This document shows positions 24,521 to 35,514 of a DNA stretch of 64,000 bases, piece after piece. Under the pieces are notes generated by a model that was not told where the DNA came from, did no database searches, and saw nothing but the letters and a program-made list of their open reading frames with translations. The stretch is from the human T2T-CHM13v2.0 reference genome, Homo sapiens: the NCBI RefSeq assembly GCF_009914755.1, contig NC_060929.1; one strand, written 5' to 3'. A program made the position numbers and the translations under genes. Positions within the stretch are counted from its first letter, which is position 1; the number at the start of each line of letters is the position of its first letter.

Positions 24521-25727
24521 TAAAACAGGACGTTATGAGGACTAGAAACACATGATTGGGTGGTTGACTATGGAGCAAACTGAGTAGAAAGAAGGAAGTC
24601 ATAAGAGGGCCACTGGTTAATAAGAATTAAGGGGTGAAAAATCTCAGTGAAGGAAAAGAATATACCGTTTTTCTCAACAATTTGAAACACGGTAAATGAT
24701 CATTTTACTTCTAAGGAAATTAGTGAAATACCTACTATCTGTCTAGATTAGATTGCTTTTATAATGAAAGTAATTTTATCATTATGCAGACACATATTTA
24801 TGTTTGTTTTGCCATAGAGATTTATCAAGACAGAAGTCTGTCATGGTTTTAGATTACACACAGCTGTAGTCAGCAGTCACTGTCCGACGTGCTACTACAC
24901 TCCCTGTTGCTGCAGATAGGGCTCTCCTCAGTTGAACAGTCAGATCTGGAAGCAGGCTCACTTCCCAACTTCTTCTTGCTTTCCATATTCAGTACTTCAT
25001 TACCATAGTGACACATGTCCTTATTTTTTTTAATTAGCCACCACAAGCCTTCTCAGTTATAGTGATACTTCTTTTGGCTAGTCAAACCCTCACATCATAG
25101 CCTATCCCAAAGATTCAAACTGTTTTCTTATTTATATTTATAATGTTAATTTTTAAAAGAGTGCTTTTCTGCTCTTCTTGTAGCTTATCTTTGTATTCCT
25201 GCCTAACAAACTATAAGAATTTATGAAGTAATATTAACTTTATAAAGGCAGAGACGTTCTTATTTCATGTTCCCTAAATTTCTGTTCAAACTCCAGAATC
25301 TATTTGAGATGCAGATCTCATATGCATTAACCATGTACTAATGCATATGAAAGACTAGAATAATGCCCAGGGTAGCTTATGACAAGCAGAGAGTTTACCA
25401 GGAGACCTAATTATATTTATTAAATCTACTATCTCTTTAATTACTTGCTTGAATGAATTTCTAGGGCCTTGCTGTATATGGTTGCAAGTAGAAAGTGTGC
25501 CTCATAGAATAGAGCGTGGTAAGACCTTCAGGGTTTCTAGCTGTAATTCCCAAGGAATGTGTAAATGTAATTCTCTAAAGTTAAATGGGATAGAAAAAAA
25601 AATGTACTTTTTTACATTAGAAGGCAATTTAATTGGCACAAACAGATTTTTTAAATCAACATCCTGACTAAGCAAAACAACCATACCCTTGAAAAGCAGA
25701 AAGCAAAACATTTGACTATTTTATATA

Positions 25728-26542
25728 TTCTAATTTTTTAATTGACAAATAAAAATTGTATACATTTATAGTGTACCTCGCAGTGTTTTGAAATGTGTAT
25801 ACACAGAGAAATGGCTCAGTCAAGATAATTAACACACACATTACCTCACTATTTTTTGTGTGATGAGAACACTTAAAATCTACTCTCAGCAATTTTCAAG
25901 AATACATTATTAGCTGCAGTCATCATGCTGTAAAATAGACCTCTTTAACTTCCTATATAACTAAAATCTTGTACCCTTTGGCCAACATTTCTAATAACCT
26001 TCCCCTACCCTCCATCCCTAGCCATTAGTAACCATCAGTCTACTCTCTTGCGTCTATGAGTTTGACATTTTTAGATTCCATATGTAAGTTAGATCATACA
26101 GTATTTGTCTTTCTGCACCTGGCTTATTTCACTTAGCATAATGTCCTCCAAGTTCATCTGTGTTTTCACAAATGACAGAATTTCCTACTTTTTTAAGACT
26201 GAATAGAAATTCATTGAGAATATATACCATATTCTTCTTATCCATTCATCCACTGATGGACACTTAGGTTGATTCCTTATTTAGGCTATTACAAATAATG
26301 ATGTAATGAACATAGGAGTGTAGACATCTCTTCAACAAACTGATTTCATTTTCTTTGGATATATAACCAAAAGTAGAATTGCTAAACATATGGTAGTTCT
26401 ATTTTTAGTTATTTGAGAAACTTGCATACTGTTTTTTTTATAATGGCTGTACTAATTTGCACTCCCATCAACAGTATACAAGGTTTTTTTTTTCCTCCAC
26501 ATCCTCACCAGCACTCATTATATTTTGTCATTTTGATAATAG
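25728..26542 (-). mobile_element. L1MA (L1MA6-8-like) 3' fragment
   Basis: ttttaattgacaaataaaaattgtatacatttat...gagaacacttaaaatctactctcagc...tttagattccatatgtaag...cctggcttatttcacttagcataatgtcctcc. Confidence 0.92.
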
Positions 26543-26829
26543 AGTTTGGCTATTTTATCATCAATGGCAATTGCTATATGTTAAATTCAGGTATTAAGGA
26601 AGGTCTTTTAAAATTGAACTCTTCTTTTGGTTTAGGTATAATTCAGCTGTTCTTGAAACAATCTTAATATTAATATATTAATATTAATGTAGAATTACTC
26701 ATTCACAATATTTAACCTCAAATAGAAATAGCTGCCATATTCAATATATATGTTGAATGCCTTCTTGGAAATATGATTATTTTAAAAGCAAGTCTGTTAA
26801 TCTTTGTTGGAAGGACATGAAGAAGCAGT

Positions 26830-27281
26830 AAATTATATTTCGTAAAGGGTTTTTTCTCTTTCCTTACATTTTTGATAAGATAGAAGTTTCTCTTCTCACT
26901 GTCCAGAAGCTAGCAACTCAGAATAAATGAGACAGCTTCGTTGTTATTATGGGCCCAGAATCCTCCGTTGCTGTTCTACCATCTTCAAATTATAGCTTGG
27001 GTTTTGTGGTCTAAGGTGGCTACCGGAATCCTGGTAAAGTCCACATCCAGCCATTGGGAAACAAATAGAGAAGAAAAAGGAACACATCCTCCTGCCCCCA
27101 ACTTTTAAGGTTGCAGGATTCATATTCCATTGGCCAGAATTTAGCCACACCTAATGGTAAGGAAATCTTGCAAATGTAATCTTCATTCCAGGAGGCCACA
27201 TACCCAGCCTAGAGCCAGGAGTTTAGTTTTCAATAAAACAGGGGAGAATAAATATCAAAGGACAAATGACTTTCTGCCACA
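26830..27281 (-). mobile_element. MLT1J/K-type MaLR LTR
   Basis: catattccattggccagaatttagccac...ggcaaatgtaatctt-like core; ends tctgccaca (minus strand begins tgtggcaga). Confidence 0.7.
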
Positions 27282-27879
27282 CCTTTACAGTTTCAGACTA
27301 TTACTAGAAAATTCAGGAGTTTAAACTTTCTTTTCAACTCATGGATTAAGATGGCTAACAGAAAGAATACAGATTTGGGAATGAAAATAACAGGGTTCAA
27401 ATTCTTCCTTTGCCATAGAAGGAATTAAACAATTAATATTCTCTCCAAGCAGTTCGTCTGTAGAAAGGAAGACTTAGTAGTACATAATGCTAAATAATGT
27501 TGTTTCTAACAAGTGAAACAATGATTACACAACTTAAAGTAGTCTTTAAAAACTGGTATCTTAATACTATTAACTAACAGATATTTACGTGATGAATCTG
27601 GTAAGAATAAATAAGAATGTCAACATTATGAATGATTCTCTACAGACTTACATAGTGGTTAAAGTAGATAAAGCATTTCTGGCATTGCTTCCCCCTAGAG
27701 GACCCAGAATTTAATCTATTATCATTAAGCACCAAGAAACAAACTTTCCAAAAGTTATTTTATTCAGGTCATCAGATTGGCTATTTGTAATGATTGATTC
27801 AGACACTAATGTGTTAATAATTTCAGACCTTTGAAGAATACTTTTGAGCTTACAAGTTGCTTGCTTATGTATTATGCCA

Positions 27880-28060
27880 CATAATACCCAATTTCATCAA
27901 AAATGGTAGGTCTGTCAGGTGTTAACCCCACTTTTCAAATGAAGAAACTAGAGCTGGAAGAGTTCTAGTTTTTCCAGTTGAAAAATGAAGAAAAAGTTCT
28001 CAAATTTACACAGGTATTGAAGTCATGGTTCAAGGCTTTTTAAACCACACTGAATCCAGT
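27880..28060 (-). mobile_element. MIR fragment
   Basis: accccacttttcaaatgaagaaactagagct antisense MIR core. Confidence 0.6.
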
Positions 28061-28769
28061 GGTGAGAATACTATTTATGTAAGAACCAGTACAAAATTAA
28101 TGCGAATAATACATATACACATCAGCTGGTATTGTTCAAATGTCATAGTAAATTATGGATTTGTGTATTCTAGAAAGATGTATATAAGATTGGGGAAAAG
28201 AGCTCAAATGTTTGTCTATGATGATATATATTCTATATGATTATAAAAATTAAATGTAATTAAAAGTACATTACATAAATAGATGGGAAAAAATAAAAAT
28301 GATAGAAAGTATATTTTATTGGTAACCAAGACAAAATAGCTCAGTAAATGACTAATAATATATGCAACCTCTTGTTATGGGTAATTAGTTCAGTTCAGTA
28401 ACTGAAATTTTTTTATTGAGTCAATTATTAGTTGCAAATAGATAAGCAACTATGAAAATACTTAGTAAAAGCTCCCTTAAATGATTTCTCATTTATCACA
28501 ATGTTAAATTTATAAGCAAGGATAAATATATTTATAAACATAATCACTATCCCATTAGCCCAGAAGTTTAAAAAGAAAAAGAAAAAAAGATCTGTGACAC
28601 CAAGAGGAAAGAGAGGCAGAGTGCATAAAAACAAATGCAACAGGATCTGCCTAATCCTGGTTTTTCCTTCCATTACTTTTATCCACATTGCTAGGGGACT
28701 GCATGGTTTTTAAGGAAACCTAAGTTCATCTTATATAATAGGTTGTATTTACAATGCCAATGTACTATG

Positions 28770-30395
28770 GTTACCAAACCTTCCTCCATTCCCTACAGAA
28801 CTGCCAAGATGATTTTTTGAAGTGAAAATCTAATAATATATTTTCAGATGTTAAAACTGTTCAACATTAATTTATTTTCAGAATTAAATCCAAACCCATT
28901 ACCATGGTGTTCATTATCATTTGTGATCTGGCCCCTGCTTATGGGTCTAGATATATCTCTCTTACTCCCACACACCAATTATATTTATTTATTTTTTCTT
29001 CATGCATTCAAAAAATTGTGTGTCATGTACTTAATAATATATGCTAAACAGTGTTTTAGGTATTTTAGATACATTGAGGAATACAGATACTTGGCCTCAT
29101 GGAGTTTATGTTCTCTCTAACCCTGATTGAGTCACTGAGGGGTTCAGATAATTGAAAAAGGGATAATAATGGCTGAGCCTTTACTTGTGTACCACTGTAT
29201 ATACCAAGTGCTCTCTCATATACTGTTTTATTTTACAATCACTTAAAACCTCTGATATAGCCATATAGCCATGCTTTTCATAATTTGGAACTGGGAATGT
29301 GCTGCTTCCTGTGTCTGAAATGGGGTTGCCTTCTCCCACTCTCACACCAGGTCTTCTTGTTAACTCCTATTGGTCTTTTAAGACTCAGTTCAACTATAAC
29401 CTCATTCCGTAAGGATTGCCTGACTGACCACAACCCTCTTTCTTCAAGATTGGTTTCAGTACTCCTGCTAAATGCAGGTATGACATAAATCAAATGCAAC
29501 ATGTTTTATATGATTATTTGTTAATATATCTAAACTAAAATACATAAAGGCAGAATTCATGTGTTCCCAGGATCTAGCACCGTACTTTGTGCAAAGGATA
29601 TAATTAATCAAAGATCAAATGCTTCTACAGTTTATTACATACCAACATGTTTTGGGAAACAGGGTAGTTACTATTATTCATTATTTTATGCAGGAGAGTG
29701 CTTATTATGTTCTATTAACTAATGGATGTCATATCGTTAACCTTTCCCTTCTTCAAACTCAACATCCTTCAATGATGTTTATATCTCTATCTCCACAATA
29801 TATTCCAAACCCAACAACTTCTCTTCTACTCCACTCTTGAAACTATAGTAAAAAGCTTACTATCTCATGGAAAAATTACTTCAAGAGTCTTTTAACTGGT
29901 TGGTCTCACTGTGACTACTTTAACTCTTACAGCATCTATTCTTTTCCCAGAGATTACAGTGATTCTTTTAATACATAGACATATCACATCACTCTATGCT
30001 TGTAATCCTCCAATGTGTTCCCAAGGCATTTAACATAAAATTTAAAATCCTTGCCATAGTCTATAAAGCTTTTTGTGATCCAGCCCTTGCCTACCTCTTC
30101 AAATATATTGCCCACCACTCTTACTGCTTTTCACTATGATATGGCAACATTGTCCTTCTTACTTTTTCTCAAATGACAGGTATGTTTAAACTTCTCATCT
30201 TTACACTTGATATTGCCTCTGTGTGGAATGCTTTTCCTCCAAATATTCACTTAACAAGATCCTTCTAATCATGCAGGCCTTATTTCAGATAAAGAAGCAC
30301 ATCATCTCTCAGTTTCCCTTCAAACACACCAGTCTCTCAATATTCTATTAAGATAATTTCTTTATACCTGCCAAATGGTAAGGATTCAGTATTTT
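28770..30395. mobile_element. Cluster of L2 fragments (mostly +) with a MIR remnant
   Basis: L2 motifs: tgtgatctggcccctgctt, aaactcaacatccttc, tcacatcactctatgcttgtaatcctccaatg, aaatttaaaatccttgccatag...gatccagcccttgcctacctcttc. Confidence 0.75.
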
Positions 30396-30965
30396 TTTTG
30401 AAGGAATGAGCCAGCCAACACAGAGGAAAAACAAGGAGTTTAGAAGATAAACTGAGGCAGGCATCGATAAATAGATGGCACAGTTAAAGAATTTTAAACT
30501 TTACCTTTTGATCTGTAGTAGTAAATCTGACAGCCTGTCTAGAGACAGTCCCTGAATCCAGAAGATTTAGCAAAATTAAAACTTCATCCCCATCCAAACC
30601 ATCTATCTGTCTATCCATTCATTCATCAATCCATCTAATCATTTATTTATTTTCATTTACTCATTTTAATTTCAGAATATATTTGTAATGTTATATATTA
30701 ATAGACGGCCTAGATAATAAAATAAAATCAACAATAAAACCACCATATCTGGCTCATAAACTAGACATTCATAAAATTTGGTGGTTCAAGTTTAATTGAT
30801 GGGGGGAAAGGGTCTTGAGTCATTCAACTAAACTGAAATTGTCCTTGCTCAGTGGCACTGGTCAGTTCATTAGAGAAGTGGGGACAGGAGTAAATGTTTA
30901 TAAAGTTTTTTTACCCCCTTTGCTTGGGTTGGATTCAGACATGTGCCGTCCACGAAAAGGTTTTT

Positions 30966-31242
30966 TTCTGTTTGTTTGTTTGTTTGTTTGTTTTTGAGAC
31001 GGAGTCTCGCTCTGTTGCCCAGGCTGGAGTGCAGTAGCGCGATCTCGGCCGCCTCAGCCTCCCGAGTAGCTGGAGGACTACAGGCGCCCGCCGGCGCGCC
31101 CGGCTAATTTTTTGTATTTTTAATAGAGACGGGGTTTCACCGTGTTAGTAGCCAGGATGATCTCGATCTCCTGACCTCGTGTTCTGCCGGCCTCGGCCTC
31201 CCAAAGTGCTGGGATTACAGGCGTAAGCCACCGGGCCCGGCC
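30966..31242 (-). mobile_element. AluY with internal ~40-nt deletion and (GTTT)n tail
   Basis: Y diagnostics (caccgtgttag..gccaggatg, ctcgatctcctgacctcgtg); very CpG-rich; degenerate TSD gaaaaggttttt / gaagaggttctt. Confidence 0.95.
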
Positions 31243-31671
31243 GAAGAGGTTCTTAATAAATCTATTCTAAGTATATTTTTAAATCTCCATTTTAAATCAT
31301 TGTTTTATATTTTATTTGAGGAAGATTGTTATGATTTGGTTTTGGTGACCTTCAAATAGATTGTGCAATTTTCTAAAAATATTTAATAAACAAATTATTT
31401 TTGCTTTTCAGATTCAAGAACAAAATTTTACAGAAAAAGAAACGCAACTTTCAGTATGTTTTTTCTTAATGCGCTTGTGTTGTTATAAAATATTGCCAAG
31501 AGTTTCTTTGACTGTTTAAAGGATATTTAAATGTAGGGAGGTGTGCGTGTATGTATATGTTTTAAGTATACATATGTGCATGCTGTAATTTTTTGAAGGA
31601 GTTCATACGTATTATAAACAGCCATCCAACCTGATTTTAAGAGAGTAAAAGACGGGTATTCATATATGTTT

Positions 31672-31931
31672 TTTGTTCTTTTATGAGGCTGGAGTGCAGT
31701 GGCACCTACTTAGCTCGTCACAGCCTTGAACCTCAAACTGTCGAGCTGAAGCAATCCTCCTGCTTCAGCCTCCTGAGTAGCTGGGACTACAGGCATATGC
31801 CACCATATCTGGCTAATGTTTTAATTCTTTGTAGAGACAGGGTCTCACTATGTTGACCAGACTGATCTTGAACTCCTGGCCTAGGCCTCCCAAAGTGCTG
31901 GGATTAAAGGTGTGAGCCATCACACCCAGCC
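31672..31931 (-). mobile_element. Degraded AluJ
   Basis: tttgtagagacagggtctcactatgttg (J diagnostics); TSD tcatatatgttt at 31660-31671 and 31932-31943. Confidence 0.92.
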
Positions 31932-33039
31932 TCATATATGTTTGATACATGATTACATGTGGGTAAAGAGTACATTTATTAAATATTGAATGAAGATATT
32001 AGATATGGAATAAACGAGTCATCTTCACTGCTTTTTAGGAGATATCTCTGGGAGTTTGAGCAAAAATAAATGAATTTAACTCTCAAAAGTTAGTATTATA
32101 AACTGATATGAAGTAAGTATCACCCAATGGTAGGGACATCCATAGTGTAGAAGTAAATTTCCTATAAATTCTAGCATGTTTGTATTGCACTGATAATGAG
32201 AAAAAAAAGTGGAAATGTGGTCCTTGTGATTTTAAATCCACAAAAGTAATTTACAAACTCAAAGAGTATGGGACTGTTTAGTGCAATTGCCTATTTTTTG
32301 ATGTCCACTATTCCTGACTCCCTATAGCGTTGTGGAACAGTGATGCATAGTCTTTCAGAATATGGTTTCCCTTTTCCTTCTCTCATATCTGTTGACTTAG
32401 TTAGCTTCCTTGTAAGTATGATTCCTAAACAGACTGGGTTTAATCAGAAGTTGATCTATGATGCCAGTGGGAACTATTGGTCAAATACTACAAGGTTCTT
32501 CAGTCAATACCACCTTTTAAAAATAAAGCCCATGAGCTAATATCAACATAAGTGGCAAAATTCTTCCAGGAGGGAATTTCAAGCATCTATTTCACTACTT
32601 GCTTTCATGGGTTTAAGCACAAGCTTGACATTATGTGAATGCGGTTTGCTGTGTTTAATTACTATCATTATTATTATTATAGATACAGTAGTAATTATCT
32701 CTTCCTACTGTCTCATTATGTTTTGATCAATTCACATAATAAAAGTTTACTGTAAATATAAGGTTAGGTAACATTAAAGAAAACATGTAATTATTGAATA
32801 TATAATCATATACAATCTAAACAGCTGAACATTTCCTAACATTTCTAACAATTAAATATTTAGAAAGTAAAGAATTTGCTTCTTTTAATATGATAGGTGC
32901 AGTTCTGTAGGCAATGGCTACAGAAGGCTTTGTTGACCTAAAAGTACTTTACTTCTGTTATATTAATAACATCTAGATTTCTCAAAAACCTGCTGGCAAA
33001 AGAAAAAAAAATCTTTTCAGCTTTATTAATGATTCATAT

Positions 33040-33380
33040 GGCAGTTTCTGAAGAGACAAGTCCCACAGAGAAGGAGCACTTGATTAATGACCTGGAAACA
33101 CTTTTCCTTTTCAGCTGATTAAATAAAATTGACTGGATTTTTACATTTTTATAATAAAATGACCCGCAGGGCTGAGATGACACAGTGAAAGCAGCATGTT
33201 CACTCTTCAGCAGATTTTTATTTTGTCACTTGTAAAAATGAAAGGGCTAACCACCCGAGCAGAAAAATGCACTTTATCATCGGCCATGGCTGCCATGCTG
33301 ACAAATGCTGCATACAAATATAAAACCGTGAAGGAAAATAGACAGTGTTTATATTCAGCATGATTTTGTCTAACAATGAC
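33040..33380. promoter_or_regulatory. Candidate enhancer / conserved non-coding element
   Basis: Repeat-free segment with TGATTAAT/TGATTAAAT (Pbx-Hox-like), TGACA (Meis), TGCTGAC (Maf) and TGTTTAT (Fox) motifs plus retained CpGs; inferred from motifs only. Confidence 0.35.
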
Positions 33381-33999
33381 TAAAGTCTTATTATTCCTAG
33401 GCCTAGAAACTGTATTATTAAATTATTATTTAGAAAGGAAAAACCTAGAATTAAAAGAAAAGAACTTTAACCATTATCTGCAATCTTTAGAGGAATTCAA
33501 TGTGGCCATAAGTAGGATTATTGGATACCATTACTGTAATCCTTCTATGTTTTTAGGCCAAAGGGATTCTCTTTGGAGATCTAACTTCTGTTCTTCCGTT
33601 CACACTAACAGGCTCAGTGACAGCCCTAAGCAAAACTGTGAAGTAGAAAAGATTGTTCTTTTCTTGCATTTCCCACAGCACCATCTTCTTTCTCTTTCTC
33701 TCTCTCTGGATCCTTTCCAGAGCACTCTTCAGCCAGGACCTGACCTCCCAGACTTGGTACCCTTTGCTGTCCCATAGCTCCCTAAATCCTTGCTAAATTG
33801 ACTCTTCTCCTTAGAGTAGTGCTTTTGTTATTCCCCATCTCCCACCTCCCGGCTATGTCTGCTGTCTATCCCTATTCTCTGAGGTATACCAGTTCCCAGG
33901 CCCATCACCCCAGGTGATTTCAAACGGAATCCTTTCCTAGCTCTCAACTTGATAAAGGAGAGGCCAGAGGAAAAACTGTATGGAGTAATGATCTTTTAG

Positions 34000-34230
34000 A
34001 CTAGAAGTTGGTGTACGGTAGCCCTGCATTTAGCCACAGATGTACTGTGTTTGGCTTAACACGTAAATTCGAGATGCAAACCTCATAAACTCTGGATGCT
34101 TTTGAAAACTCCAAAATTCTTTCAGCACTAGGCTAGCTTTCCCACATGGCAACGGACATCAGAAGCTGTCTGTGTGAGTTGAGATGCAGGCTCAGCACAT
34201 CTTCCCTTCTCTGTAGTGCCCTTGACACTA
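34000..34230. mobile_element. MER102-like hAT DNA transposon remnant
   Basis: agccacagatgtactgtgtttggc...gaaaactccaaaattc...agcactaggctagctttcccacatggcaac. Confidence 0.5.
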
Positions 34231-34400
34231 CAGCTGAATTTCATTCCCTTTATCTCATTACTCACATTCCATCTCTCTCATTGATAATGCCTGTCTGGTT
34301 CCTATAGGCCTTTAAATTTTTTAGTCCTGACCAAGATCTGTTCTTTCCGATCTCCAAAATAATATTTGTGCATTTTTTTCTTGTTTCCTCCTAGGGGAGA

Positions 34401-34442
34401 ATATGTGTGTGTGTGTATACACGCGCACACACACACACACAT
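34401..34442. repeat. (TG)n...(CA)n inverted microsatellite, 42-bp purine/pyrimidine alternation
   Basis: atatgtgtgtgtgtgtatacacgcgcacacacacacacacat read directly. Confidence 0.92.
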
Positions 34443-35461
34443 TTTATATACAATATAAATATTACATATAATTACCCATAACATTTAACCCAATGAAATA
34501 ATAACAATGAGATAATTTCTAGCTAGTAGGAGTGGCAGACAAGCAGCAACATACACAGTTAATGTGACAGTTGATATTTGGGGGCAGACATGAGCTTTCT
34601 GTCTATTGTAATGTTCTGTCCTCTCAACTGGCCTGATAGTCTCAAAATTCAAATCAGTCAACTAAGTAAGTGGGGTCATTTAAAATTTGGCAGAAAAAAA
34701 CTCAGAGAAGACTAGCATTAGATAGTATATTTATCATCATTTCTATTTATTTTGGGAAGTTTCAGGATACAAATGCAGGCATTGATACATTTTCACAAAA
34801 TGAAGAAAGTGAAAATCACTAAGAAATACTACCTGTTGACCTTGAGTTGACCAAGCACTGTTCAACGAAAGCTACCACAATATGCTACTAAGTCACTCTA
34901 CTACTTTCTTTTGAGTATTCTGATCTATTTCTTCAGTAAGTACATAAGAAGTGATGCTGCTATAAATTACTTTGATGTTGCCGTACTCACCATACTAAAG
35001 TTGAGTAGGATGGGTTATATTATTATTTTTACATCATGATGATATCAAATGATAGAGAAATAGCCTGGTAGATTCCATTTTGTGATGTAAAATTAAAAAT
35101 AATATTCATAATTCAGTACAAGTAATATTTCTGTATGATATATCTTTTAGTACTTATAACTTTCAATGCATTTTTCCATGCATTAATTCCCCCATATTAG
35201 CATGAATAGAAAAAAAAAAAGCCAGTCCTGTGGTGGCAGGAACTTTGGTCTTCCATGAAACCACTGTATATCTCGCCCTAGAAGGGTGCTTGCAAACAGT
35301 CAACACTCAATAACCATTCATTTTTTAGTAAATATAATGGCTAGATTTAAGGCCAATTAGACTATCCAATTGTGAAACATTTATATTGTCACTAGTAAAT
35401 TTTAAGCAACCTGGTTATTTTGCCCTTTCCAATTCAATAGTTATCTGACTCAGTATGACTA

Positions 35462-35514
35462 GTTACAATTTGGTTACAGTTTGTTACAAACTGGTTATAA
35501 ATTGTTACAATCTG
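35462..35514. repeat. Degenerate 10-11 bp tandem repeat x5 (GTTAYA core)
   Basis: gttacaatttg gttacagttt gttacaaactg gttataaatt gttacaatctg. Confidence 0.8.

Noticed and set aside
30966-31931. Neighbouring Alus as a possible inverted dsRNA/editing pair
   Set aside because: Both are on the minus strand; no closely spaced inverted Alu pair exists in the window.
33376-33777. 133-aa ATG ORF next to the candidate enhancer
   Set aside because: Low-complexity, Leu/Ser-rich and without recognisable homology or exon structure.
35462-35514. Short periodic repeats (also 53062-53119) as CRISPR-like arrays
   Set aside because: No unique spacers, no cas genes, and the DNA is clearly primate.
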